A stretch of DNA of 60,287 bases from a virus (Duplodnaviria > Caudoviricetes). The stretch covers positions 1 to 60,287 of IMG/VR virus record IMGVR_UViG_3300025132_000036. One strand, given 5' to 3'. The notes beneath the pieces were generated by a model. The model made no database searches. It was not told where the DNA came from and saw only the letters and a program-made list of their open reading frames with translations. This document shows, piece by piece, positions 39,608 to 48,578 of the stretch (its first letter is position 1; the number at the start of each line of letters is the position of its first letter). A program made the translations under genes and the position numbers.

Positions 39608-40266
39608 TCCATTCGCTCCTGTTGCTTCTTCAAGACGCCTTTCGGTAGTGCATCGGGGTCGTCACGCCGCACCTCGTTGGTGACGGCGGTGTCGTTCCTT
39701 ACGATAACGTCCCAATGGGCGTCTGATTTACGCATGGAGTCCGGCAGTATATCAATACTGCCGCCGGACTTAGGCGGATAGGAAAAATCTCGGACCTGCG
39801 GTACGCCGAAGGCAATGACGGCTCGGGTGTAGTCGTCGTGGAGGACGTAGCGGCAGCGGGCGAGGAGCCTGCCGACCTCGATATCATCCACATTCGCACG
39901 CACGAAGGCGTTGGCGAGAGGTAGCGGCACAGGGGCGAGCGCACGGTGTGCGCGTTCACGGTCAGCCCAACACAGGACGGCACGCATGGCTCGTCCGTAG
40001 TCGGACTTGGGGACCTTCAGGGTAGCGTCAAGGATGGCGAAGTTCTCGGACGCCGAGGTCAGACGAGGGGCCTTATCACACACGACGACCAAGCGGTAGG
40101 GCACGACCGGTGCCCAGTACAGAACGTCCTTCTCAGCGAAGCGGTCGCTATGCAAAATGAACGTGGTGTCTGGGGCCGTAGGTGGCGTCGTCAGTTCACG
40201 GTGCATCACGAGATAGTGGCCAGTCTGATACCGGCTTGCGTCCTTGGTGTAAATCACTACTCCCAC
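39598..40266 (-). CDS. Hypothetical protein
   Basis: 222-aa coupled ORF. Confidence 0.65.
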   Translation of the reverse strand: MGVVIYTKDASRYQTGHYLVMHRELTTPPTAPDTTFILHSDRFAEKDVLYWAPVVPYRLVVVCDKAPRLTSASENFAILDATLKVPKSDYGRAMRAVLCWADRERAHRALAPVPLPLANAFVRANVDDIEVGRLLARCRYVLHDDYTRAVIAFGVPQVRDFSYPPKSGGSIDILPDSMRKSDAHWDVIVRNDTAVTNEVRRDDPDALPKGVLKKQQERMEWL

Positions 40267-40526
40267 ATAATCACCTCACAGTCGTTTTCGATGGCCCACG
40301 CCACGAAGCGGCGCATCTGATGCGGGGTCAGGCCCCACACTTCGCGCACAGACTTGACTGGGAGTTCATAATCAGCGATGAACCACGCATAACCATTGCC
40401 CCCGCCACCCACGACAAGCGTAAGTCCGTCACCCGCCATCTGTTCACCGAGGCTCGGGAACTCGCTCTCATAGATAGGGCGAGTCATCAGGCTGCGCTGA
40501 GACTTGGACCGCCATTGGCGGCTCAA
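40257..40526 (-). CDS. Hypothetical protein
   Basis: Coupled ORF. Confidence 0.6.
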   Translation of the reverse strand: MSRQWRSKSQRSLMTRPIYESEFPSLGEQMAGDGLTLVVGGGGNGYAWFIADYELPVKSVREVWGLTPHQMRRFVAWAIENDCEVIMWE

Positions 40527-41155
40527 TCCATCACCTCATAGTCGGTGTCCTGTACGTACGTTGGAGGGGCCAACGCGGCGAGGCGTAATTGAATCTGGTC
40601 AAGGTACATCGGCTCGTTGCGTAGCACCTCAACCAAGACGTTCATCAGCATCTCATCGCGGCGTTCGGCAAGGAGCAATTGGTTATCCATCCCAATCTCA
40701 CGCTTCAATTGTCCGGCGAGTTTCAGAACACCCTGTGCCTGAGCCACCAGTTTGGTGAACGAACCGATGACCTCATCGGTCATACCCTCGTCATCCTTGC
40801 GTTGCTCCAGTTCCTCAATCCACGACACGACACGTTGCACGATACCCTCAGTCACGTTCAACGTGTTGATGGTTTCGCTGCGTGCTTCTTCGAGGTATGC
40901 GGCTTCGGTAGGGTCGTACTCGACGTGCATATCCATATGGTTCATCACAGTACCCATGGGCCATTGGTACTTCTGCTCGATGTATGCGGCGGTCGAGTCA
41001 CCACGGTGGACTCGAATCTCAAGTTCACGGCGGTCGGCACGGTTGCACATCGGACAGTCCGTGTTCTCAAGCACCCAAGTCAGGGCCTCGGTCCAACCCT
41101 TCGGGTTCTTGCGGCCCATCATCTCACGAATCTCAGTCTCAGTCTTCATCTTCAA
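40523..41155 (-). CDS. Zn/HTH + coiled-coil protein (terminase small subunit-like architecture)
   Basis: CPMC...HMDMH spanning an HTH, then long helices. Confidence 0.55.
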   Translation of the reverse strand: MKMKTETEIREMMGRKNPKGWTEALTWVLENTDCPMCNRADRRELEIRVHRGDSTAAYIEQKYQWPMGTVMNHMDMHVEYDPTEAAYLEEARSETINTLNVTEGIVQRVVSWIEELEQRKDDEGMTDEVIGSFTKLVAQAQGVLKLAGQLKREIGMDNQLLLAERRDEMLMNVLVEVLRNEPMYLDQIQLRLAALAPPTYVQDTDYEVMD

Positions 41156-41390
41156 CCCCCCATACCTTGCAGTTCGGCCATCGGTTACCCATGGCTACCC
41201 ATGCAGCACGAGTAATGGTGAAGAATCGCGGGTCCGCCTTGAGGACCTGCGAGCCTGAGTTCGCGTTCGGTACACCGGCAGGGCTTTGCATGGGACGTAC
41301 GACTTCACACAGGGTGCGGATATCCGTAGGACCATGCTGCTGAATGTACAGGAAGCAGGCGTTGCGCCATCGAACGTATCGAATCCTCAT
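41139..41390 (-). CDS. Small wHTH-like hypothetical protein
   Basis: MRIRYVRWRN..., ATGA overlap with the helicase stop. Confidence 0.55.
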   Translation of the reverse strand: MRIRYVRWRNACFLYIQQHGPTDIRTLCEVVRPMQSPAGVPNANSGSQVLKADPRFFTITRAAWVAMGNRWPNCKVWGVEDED

Positions 41391-42676
41391 TCCTCCACCT
41401 CCACGTCGCCAATCAGGACCTTGATACCGCGTCGCCCACGGCCTCCTGACGGAGCACGTACTTCGGTGTACCACGCCTGTTGAAGTAGGTTATCCACAAC
41501 CCAACGCTTGGCGGCTTGGTAGTCACCCATGGTAATCATGCGGCTGACCTCCTTCAGCAATTGCGAACGACTCAGCGATGTGTTCCAAAAGGTCGTGCGA
41601 ATGAGAGCGAGGTCAGCGTCCATCACGTTGCGGCGCATGTGCAGACAGTCATCGAGGATGCGGAGCAGTTCGTCGTTCATGTCCACATGCAGGACCTCGC
41701 CGCCCCGGTAGTCCGGGGACATGATGGCGTAGCCAAGAGCAAGACGGCGGAACAGGTCGGCCTCGTGAGAGCGCACGGCAGGTTGGAAAAGCCATTCATC
41801 GAACTCCTCCGAGAAGGTGATACCGGTCGGCGGCTTGCTGATAACGTCCAACGCTCGCTCGATGAAGAACTCACGGATGCGGAGAGTCAAGGCAGCAATC
41901 TCAGCGCGGTCGGCTGCGGTCATGGAAGCCTGTCGTGCTTGGGCACGCTTATACGCGGCCTCCTTGGCGGGACTCATGGCGATATCAATGACGAAGAACC
42001 GACGGTCCAGTCCAGACTCCAGTTCAAAACGACCCGGCTGAGTACCTGCCCATAGGGTGAAGCGAGTAAGGTACTCAACCCACCCTGCCTTCATCACCTT
42101 CTTGACGCGACCGTTATCCGTGGACGTGAGCAATTGGTTGGTGATATCGGCGCTATGGTCCTTGCGCCCTGCGTCGGTCAGCGAGGAGAACTCCTCGAAG
42201 CCAAGGAAACCACCACACATCTCACGTGCAAGTGGACGACCAGTCACCTCACCCTCCTCGTCCACCGAGCCGAACATACCGGCCTCGGTAATCGAGTTCG
42301 GCCCAATGTCCGTACGGAATCCCATACCAAGGTCGGCAGCGTTGGGTTCGTACAGAAGACCCGTGCCGGGGCTGAGGAACATTTGGATGAGGGCTGACTT
42401 ACCCGAACCCTTCGCACCGCGCATCAGAATGTGCAGGCGCGTGTCCGCAACGTGAGACATGGGCGTGTAAAGCGGGCGTTGGTCATGGCGCAGAATACAC
42501 GAGTCAATGGCGAACGCATTCTCGTCACCAGTCGGCACGTGTGGGCAGTAGCCGCACTTGTTCAGTCCGTTGAAGATGTGGGTACCGATGGAGCAAATGA
42601 ACACCGGTACCTTATCGTCCACGTCAATGTAGTGGTTCAGGTCGGTGTATCGCTTTACGGCTTGGAAAATGTCCAC
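41387..42676 (-). CDS. MCM-like AAA+ helicase (short form)
   Basis: Walker A GAKGSGKS, 'ITEAGMFGS', 'GGFLGFEEF', Arg-finger-like 'LDRRF'. Confidence 0.75.
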   Translation of the reverse strand: MDIFQAVKRYTDLNHYIDVDDKVPVFICSIGTHIFNGLNKCGYCPHVPTGDENAFAIDSCILRHDQRPLYTPMSHVADTRLHILMRGAKGSGKSALIQMFLSPGTGLLYEPNAADLGMGFRTDIGPNSITEAGMFGSVDEEGEVTGRPLAREMCGGFLGFEEFSSLTDAGRKDHSADITNQLLTSTDNGRVKKVMKAGWVEYLTRFTLWAGTQPGRFELESGLDRRFFVIDIAMSPAKEAAYKRAQARQASMTAADRAEIAALTLRIREFFIERALDVISKPPTGITFSEEFDEWLFQPAVRSHEADLFRRLALGYAIMSPDYRGGEVLHVDMNDELLRILDDCLHMRRNVMDADLALIRTTFWNTSLSRSQLLKEVSRMITMGDYQAAKRWVVDNLLQQAWYTEVRAPSGGRGRRGIKVLIGDVEVEE

Positions 42677-42680
42677 TCGT

Positions 42681-43529
42681 TCACCCCCACATCGGGTTGC
42701 CGTTCTTGGTCGGAATGTTCGTCGTCGTGTTGCGCAGGGCTTGGTTGATATCAGCCATCATCTCATCGAACGACTCGTGTCGCTCCTTCATCTCATCCAC
42801 CGCACGAAGCAGGTTGTCCCGCTCCTCGTCGGCATAGCCGCCGAGTTTGCTTGCGAGAGCCTCAGCCGCCGCCACGTCCACGCGGGCATCAGGCTCGTGG
42901 CCCGCAACGACGATACGTGTATCGCCGCGCTTGCCGTCTGTCTGAAGGTGGTGAATCAGGGGGAAGAGCCAAGCGGTCGGTGCGGTGAAAATGGACTTGC
43001 CTCCGAGGTCCGCGGGCTCATCGAGCGACCATTCAACGAGAGTCCCCGTAGGGACCTTGGCGAAGTGTTGGGGGTCGAGAACGTCGTGCATCGTGGTGGT
43101 CGTCAGAAACACCATCTCGTACGGATGGTGGTCGGTGTGCATGGCCCCGAAAAACAACGTACGCAGAAGCGTGAGGGTGTCCCGAATCGCCGGGTACACG
43201 CGCAACCACGTGGCCTTGGCGTTCTCGGGCGGCATGAGCGGCGTGTCGGGCCACTCGTTGATGTTGAGGTACACCGTCGAATTGTCCTCGTTGACGAACA
43301 CTTCCCAACCCGGCGTGTGCAAGTCGGGCAGGTCGTTGAACACGTGGTGGTCAATCATGTGCGACATGAGAACCGCGTTGGGACTACGCCCTGCGAGTTT
43401 CGCCTGTACCGCAATCCACGGTGCAGCGCCATGCTCATGCTCGCTGAAAACCACCAGTCGCCTGAACCGGTGTTCATAGTTCCAAGGGTCCATTTCATAC
43501 ATGTCCATAACTCCGTGTTGTCGCATCAT
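42681..43529 (-). CDS. Hypothetical protein, possibly PAC2 (proteasome assembly chaperone)-like
   Basis: 282 aa; C-terminal 'VDVAAAEALASKL...LLRAVDEMKE' resembles the PAC2 pattern. Confidence 0.45.
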   Translation of the reverse strand: MMRQHGVMDMYEMDPWNYEHRFRRLVVFSEHEHGAAPWIAVQAKLAGRSPNAVLMSHMIDHHVFNDLPDLHTPGWEVFVNEDNSTVYLNINEWPDTPLMPPENAKATWLRVYPAIRDTLTLLRTLFFGAMHTDHHPYEMVFLTTTTMHDVLDPQHFAKVPTGTLVEWSLDEPADLGGKSIFTAPTAWLFPLIHHLQTDGKRGDTRIVVAGHEPDARVDVAAAEALASKLGGYADEERDNLLRAVDEMKERHESFDEMMADINQALRNTTTNIPTKNGNPMWG

Positions 43530-43817
43530 AGATTCACCTTACGCACTTCAGTACTTAACCGTTGAGGTAATAGTTCAGATTGTTTCGGAACTGCAAACGC
43601 AAATCGTTCGAGGGACTGAGGGCCGATTGGCTGAATTGCTTCATTTGTTCATAAGGGTTTGAAGTAATACTAAGAGTATAGTAGTAAGATAGGGGGTCAG
43701 TCCTATTCTTCACAACCCCTATGAAGGAATGAAAGAATACGCCGAACATGCCCCCAGTCCCCCATTCCATTTACGTCAGCCTCGTTGAAAAAAACAGAAA
43801 GAATGGCGAAGGCTTTA
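43530..43817. other. AT-rich intergenic region, candidate replication origin/promoter region
   Basis: Visibly AT-richer than the GC-rich genome, no credible ORF, at the head of the replication operon. Confidence 0.4.
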
Positions 43818-44615
43818 TCACCTAAACCTCCGCTCAGCCTCGCTCCTCAGCAGGTCGTCGGCCTCTCGTGTAGTCATCGAGCGTAGGCTCGTGGTCTGTG
43901 GGGTCAGATGCCGAATGTCCGGTAGCGAACGACCTCGGGTGTTCACCCAGTCCAGTAGGGCATTCATGTTGATGGCTTCGGTCCGTTCGTCGTTGGACCA
44001 TGACGTTCGTGCAAGGGTGAAGTCACCACACGTGACGCGCCCATAGTACCTCTTGCCGAGGTCCATGACCTCAATCTTGAAGTCCAAGACGCCGGGCGAC
44101 GAAAACATACCGGACGCTGAAGGCACAAGCGAAATCTTCTTGCCGCGATACGGAGTCCACCGCACGTCCGGCTTCACACCATGGTGCTTGAACCAATCAC
44201 AGACGATATCGAGGTTGCCCATGACCGGACCAAGCGGCGCAGCGCCCACCACAATGTCGAGGTCTTGCTCGGTGAACAACGACACCATGGTGCCTTGTTC
44301 GCCCGCCTCCTCGATGAAGCCAGTCATCATGTTCCATAGGGAGGCGTACAGGCCCGTGCCTACGGGTGCATAGATGGCCTCCATCACGGGGTCACGGGGT
44401 AGTGGGTCGTCGTCAAAGATGGCGTCGAGGAACGACCACAGAACCTTGCGCCCAGTCAGCGTGTACAACATGCCGTTTTCGGACAACACCAGTTCAGGTT
44501 GCCGCACCCACCGGCCCTTGGCCGACTTGGTGAACGGCGACGCAGACTCGACCACCGTGTGGGCGAGGTCAAGGACGTGGTTATCCATGACGCCACCTCG
44601 CATATCGCTCGGCAT
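43818..44615 (-). CDS. Hypothetical protein
   Basis: 265-aa ORF on the coding strand. Confidence 0.7.
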   Translation of the reverse strand: MPSDMRGGVMDNHVLDLAHTVVESASPFTKSAKGRWVRQPELVLSENGMLYTLTGRKVLWSFLDAIFDDDPLPRDPVMEAIYAPVGTGLYASLWNMMTGFIEEAGEQGTMVSLFTEQDLDIVVGAAPLGPVMGNLDIVCDWFKHHGVKPDVRWTPYRGKKISLVPSASGMFSSPGVLDFKIEVMDLGKRYYGRVTCGDFTLARTSWSNDERTEAINMNALLDWVNTRGRSLPDIRHLTPQTTSLRSMTTREADDLLRSEAERRFR

Positions 44616-44856
44616 TCAGGCACCACAGGACCACCCGCCTGCTCGTCATGGCGCTATGTCCGACGCCGTACCCGGCCTTCTCAACGCCGACGATAGCCGA
44701 CAGGCGAGAGCCCATAGCGTTGCGGCTCGGTAGCCACCGACCGTTGCGGTGGTCGTCCACCAGTCGGTCATAAATCTGCGTGCTCGTCAGGCCATCAGGG
44801 AACTCCAAAAGGAGCGCGGCCACTCGGTCAGCCAACAGGTATCGGTTGCTCACCAT
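44581..44856 (-). CDS. wHTH-like protein
   Basis: 'PDGLTSTQIYDRL...PSRNAMGSRLS'. Confidence 0.6.
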   Translation of the reverse strand: MVSNRYLLADRVAALLLEFPDGLTSTQIYDRLVDDHRNGRWLPSRNAMGSRLSAIVGVEKAGYGVGHSAMTSRRVVLWCLNAERYARWRHG

Positions 44857-45125
44857 CCCACCTCGCTCTTGACGTTCTTGTGTTCGTCCTCGACGCACAG
44901 GTTGCAGATGTGGCTTGACGCATATCCGGCCTTGGCGACGTTCGCATACAGGGTTGGTGGGCGACGGCGGTATTCGACCACCTGCTCATCCCATGACCTA
45001 CTCACCTGATGTTCGGTGTGCGGAACCACACCGACACACCGGCATACACCGCAATGCGTGGCCATGAAAATAATCCGCACACCGCTCGTGAGCGTAGTCG
45101 TGCCTTCCCATTGTTCAGTATTCAT
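44850..45125 (-). CDS. Cys-containing hypothetical protein
   Basis: GGAGG RBS; CGVC...CNLC. Confidence 0.5.
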   Translation of the reverse strand: MNTEQWEGTTTLTSGVRIIFMATHCGVCRCVGVVPHTEHQVSRSWDEQVVEYRRRPPTLYANVAKAGYASSHICNLCVEDEHKNVKSEVGW

Positions 45126-45241
45126 CAACAAAACCTCCTCCGACGGGCTGCGGCTTACCCGCCGCAATCCAACACGAACGGCAGAACCCATAAGGGTATT
45201 CCTTCTCAGCCGTGTAGCAGCAGGTGAAGTACACCCAGTCC

Positions 45242-45694
45242 TCAGTCACGGTGCTTGGCCTCCTGTACGGTGAACATCTCACGCAGGGTGGTCTCGAAGT
45301 CCATGAAGAACCGGCACACCAACACGTGAGCATGTGTGCCCCAGTCGTTGAACTCCTTGAACGTCGGCTCGTAGTGGTCATACAGGCGCAGGGCCGCACA
45401 CATCTTGACGTAACGGTCCGTTGGTTCGCTGAACCACCACCCAATCGAATGAATACCGTAGTCCTCCACTTCGAGGGCCTCGCACTCTTGCACGAGGGCG
45501 GCATAGTTCCCCGCCTCCCAGTCGGTGCGAACGGCATGAGCGAACTCGGTGAAGTTCAGCGGCACACCGTGCTCGCCCACCGGCGTCGAATGTGCGACGC
45601 CTGCCGGAATCCCCATCCTGACGAGGGTTCGGTACGCGAGCAGAAGAGGTGCCTCGGTGAAGCATTCCCAGTCCATCAGACCTTCTTCATACAT
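45242..45694 (-). CDS. Hypothetical protein
   Basis: MYEEGLMDW...; acidic/aromatic 150 aa. Confidence 0.6.
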   Translation of the reverse strand: MYEEGLMDWECFTEAPLLLAYRTLVRMGIPAGVAHSTPVGEHGVPLNFTEFAHAVRTDWEAGNYAALVQECEALEVEDYGIHSIGWWFSEPTDRYVKMCAALRLYDHYEPTFKEFNDWGTHAHVLVCRFFMDFETTLREMFTVQEAKHRD

Positions 45695-45853
45695 TGGACG
45701 CCACCCCCACGCCGTCGAAGTTCCCGCTTGCACCACAACGGGTGCAGTACACGGAACCCCACACGATGTACCGGTGGTTGTACCCGTGGTCTTGCCCGTC
45801 ACGGGTGTCCCTTACCACGTTGGACTGAGCGACCTTCCAAATGTGCTTGCAGT

Positions 45854-46105
45854 TCATTGGTTCGCCTCCCGCTGCATCTTGTGCTCGGCGGTCTCACGCA
45901 CGAGGGTCATGTAGTTCCCGGTCTTGGCTTCACGTGCGGTCACCTTGCGACCGACGTACCAGTACAGGTCAGCGACCACGTTCTGCAACCGGCGCACCTC
46001 ATTGCGTAGCCGGTCCGCATCCTCGCAAGCATCCACCTCATCCCACGACAGGGCGCGGTGTGCCTCCTGCTCGGCCAGTACATCTGCGTATCGCTTCAAC
46101 GACAT
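45854..46105 (-). CDS. Coiled-coil hypothetical protein
   Basis: MSLKRYADV... Confidence 0.55.
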   Translation of the reverse strand: MSLKRYADVLAEQEAHRALSWDEVDACEDADRLRNEVRRLQNVVADLYWYVGRKVTAREAKTGNYMTLVRETAEHKMQREANQ

Positions 46106-46368
46106 TCCCCCGTCTTGCGGTAGCCGTTGACCTCGAGCCACATCATGCCCTCGACCTTGTTCATGGCGTACATGAACTTGTCCTCCTCGCACATGTCCTC
46201 GGGTGCATCAAGCAGATGCACGATGAAGCGGTTGTTCCAGAAGCCGTTCAGTTCATCGGCCCACTCGGCCACGGCGGCACACCGCGACTTCAGCGGAATG
46301 TGCATTGCCCGCCAAGGGGGCAGGGCGTCCCATGCGTCTTGCGTCGTTTCGTATCGTGGTGTGTTCAT
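46096..46368 (-). CDS. Hypothetical protein
   Basis: GGAGG RBS and TATA promoter upstream. Confidence 0.65.
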   Translation of the reverse strand: MNTPRYETTQDAWDALPPWRAMHIPLKSRCAAVAEWADELNGFWNNRFIVHLLDAPEDMCEEDKFMYAMNKVEGMMWLEVNGYRKTGECR

Positions 46369-46913
46369 TCTTGTTCCTCCGTCACATTGTTGCTATCGGT
46401 TGGGGTCATATAAACCCTTGCCCATTCGGGAATGTCCAGCGGGTTGTTCCACACCACGCGCTCCTTGCTCATGTAGTACCGGCGGTATGACTCGACCACA
46501 TCGTCGCCCTTGAACTCGTCAGGCATGGCGAGCGGGTGGCGGGTCAGCGGGCCATCGGGAATCAGGGTCGCCAGTTTGGACGTGTAGTACGCGGGGTCGC
46601 TGCACGCATGGTGCTTGCCTCGACGCGCATAGAACTCCACCTGCAAGCCGACGGCGTGGTCCCAGAGCCACCACCAGTTCGAGCGGGTGTTGCCCGCCCA
46701 AATCGTACACGGGTGGTGCTGATGGGTGCTACGCCAAGCGTTGCCTGCCTGTGTCGTCACGCCTGCGTTCAGGAGCATTGTCTCGTTCGCACCGTGGCGG
46801 TACAGGGCGGTGGTGAGCATCTGCGTTGACTCAATCAGCATCTTGCCGAGGCGCAGGTCGTCGTGCATCCACGCCGCAATCTGCGGGTCCTTGTCCAGTA
46901 CGAAGATGTTCAT
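46365..46913 (-). CDS. Pyrimidine dimer DNA glycosylase (DenV/Pyr_excise-like family)
   Basis: 'MNIFVLD.DP..AA', 'KMLIESTQML.TA', 'HHPCTIWA', 'PLAMPD', 'SYRRYY'. Confidence 0.85.
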   Translation of the reverse strand: MNIFVLDKDPQIAAWMHDDLRLGKMLIESTQMLTTALYRHGANETMLLNAGVTTQAGNAWRSTHQHHPCTIWAGNTRSNWWWLWDHAVGLQVEFYARRGKHHACSDPAYYTSKLATLIPDGPLTRHPLAMPDEFKGDDVVESYRRYYMSKERVVWNNPLDIPEWARVYMTPTDSNNVTEEQE

Positions 46914-47080
46914 TGGACCACCTCCATGCCCCTGAAGTCACAGGACGGGCAGTACGCAGGCTCGTCGGGGTCCACGTAGCAAATGAACGTGTGTACCCCA
47001 CATCCCCTCGTGTCGCAATAAAACACACAGTCGTCCTCCAGTATGCGGGCAACCGTGCTGCGTCGAATCTTGGCGTTCAT
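46910..47080 (-). CDS. Zn-finger microprotein (56 aa)
   Basis: CDTRGC...CPSC; GAGGTGA RBS. Confidence 0.65.
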   Translation of the reverse strand: MNAKIRRSTVARILEDDCVFYCDTRGCGVHTFICYVDPDEPAYCPSCDFRGMEVVQ

Positions 47081-47283
47081 GCGCTCACCTCCACATACCA
47101 GTTCGCGGTGACGTGGAACTCGCCCGTGTAGTTCGTGCAGAACCAACGGTGGTTCTTCGCAGCCTCGCGCACTTGGCGCATGTTGTGGAAGTCGCCGTCA
47201 GCAACGGGGCGCAGCACTTGGCCGTTCACGTCAATGGGGAGGTTGCAGCCGCAGCAGCGGGCGCGGTGAATCTTGTCGCTCAT
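47077..47283 (-). CDS. Cys-rich microprotein (68 aa)
   Basis: MSDKIHRARCCGC...; GAGGTGA RBS. Confidence 0.6.
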   Translation of the reverse strand: MSDKIHRARCCGCNLPIDVNGQVLRPVADGDFHNMRQVREAAKNHRWFCTNYTGEFHVTANWYVEVSA

Positions 47284-47444
47284 GCGCTCACCTCCTCGTA
47301 CATCTTGTCCATCACGGAATTGAAGCACACGCTGCACAGGGGCTTGCCCGACATGCGAGCAGCCACAGGGTGCGACTCCGTACACACGAAGCACATGACC
47401 TTCACGGGCTTGCCCCTGTTCCATCCACCGTTGTCCTCGCTCAA
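47280..47444 (-). CDS. Zn-finger microprotein (54 aa)
   Basis: CFVC...CSVC; TTG start after GAGGTGA. Confidence 0.6.
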   Translation of the reverse strand: MSEDNGGWNRGKPVKVMCFVCTESHPVAARMSGKPLCSVCFNSVMDKMYEEVSA

Positions 47445-47671
47445 GAGAAGTCACCTCGGCACTCCGCGTCGTAGTGAATCTTGGCCGTCTGCACGAGGCC
47501 CTCGAAGTCCTCGCAGAACTCGTCGTCCTCGTGGAACGCTTGCTCGACCAAGTGCATGAGGTTAGCGAGCATGTCCACAATGCGGTTCGCCAGTACGGGC
47601 GCTCCCCAAGTGTCCTTCGGGTCCAAGGCGTCCAAGGCTTTCGCGGCTCGGTCGCGGTTGCTCGGAATCAC
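47441..47671 (-). CDS. Small helical acidic protein
   Basis: 'NRDRAAKAL...IVDMLANLMHL...AKIHYDAE'. Confidence 0.6.
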   Translation of the reverse strand: MIPSNRDRAAKALDALDPKDTWGAPVLANRIVDMLANLMHLVEQAFHEDDEFCEDFEGLVQTAKIHYDAECRGDFS

Positions 47672-47817
47672 GACGACCACCCCTTGGGCTTGGTCAGCAG
47701 GCCATCGGCCTCGCTCACCTGCTTGCGCGGAGCGGGCTTCTTGGCCTGAGCCTTGGTCGCCACCTCGCGGTACGTTCGGTTCGTTTTGTTTGTTCGGTTT
47801 CGTCGCTTGTTCGACAT
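47668..47817 (-). CDS. 49-aa basic peptide
   Basis: MSNKRRNRTNKTNRTYREV...; GGAGG RBS and TTGATATA promoter. Confidence 0.6.
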   Translation of the reverse strand: MSNKRRNRTNKTNRTYREVATKAQAKKPAPRKQVSEADGLLTKPKGWSS

Positions 47818-47879
47818 GATTCGTGCCTCCAGTATTACGTAGGGGCCGAGAGTATATCAACCCTCTGGCCCCTTTGGGT

Positions 47880-48578
47880 TCAGGCCATCCACCCCTTCAG
47901 CCGGAGCATGGCGTCAGCCTCGGTCCGCTCCTGTTGAGGCTCGCCAATCAGGTCGAGCAGACCCCCATCCGTGTGCCCACAAGCCCTGCAATAGAGCATA
48001 TGGTACACGAAGTTCCGACCGAAGCGGTGTACCTCGTCGGTTTCGCCCGACCATTCAGGCTCCATCGTGTGCGTATCAACGCCGAGAATGTTCGACTCCA
48101 CGAACTGCACGCCGCGCAGCATCACGTTGTGTTGGTCGCCACATTCGGGGCAGGCCACCGGCTGAGAGCGAGTATGCACGGGCACGTTGTGCTTGTGCGC
48201 CTGCTCCACGGCGTCGTTGATGAGGCTACGGATAACGACCTTCTGCCCGGAGTTCCACCTCATGGTGCCGCGCTCACGGTAGTGGTACGTATCATGCACA
48301 CCCATGCGCCAAGCGTACAGGTATTCGCAGGCATCCCCCAACGTGTGGAAACGCTTGGAGGCGACCATGACCGATGCCGAGGGCGGCACGGGCGCACCCT
48401 TGGCGCGAGGCGGTGACTGGTCCTCCCACACGAGCACCTCGTAGTGACCCCCCGCATCAGCGGCGTTGGGCTCCGCGAGGTCGCCGGGGTTGGTGTCGTA
48501 CCTCAGCCATTGCCTGTACCGTCCACCGTCCGTCACCTGCCGCAAGAGCGTGTAGTCCGTGTAGTTCGCGCCGCTCAA
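47880..48578 (-). CDS. Hypothetical protein with Zn ribbon
   Basis: CPEC...CRAC; TTG start overlapping the upstream stop. Confidence 0.6.
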   Translation of the reverse strand: MSGANYTDYTLLRQVTDGGRYRQWLRYDTNPGDLAEPNAADAGGHYEVLVWEDQSPPRAKGAPVPPSASVMVASKRFHTLGDACEYLYAWRMGVHDTYHYRERGTMRWNSGQKVVIRSLINDAVEQAHKHNVPVHTRSQPVACPECGDQHNVMLRGVQFVESNILGVDTHTMEPEWSGETDEVHRFGRNFVYHMLYCRACGHTDGGLLDLIGEPQQERTEADAMLRLKGWMA

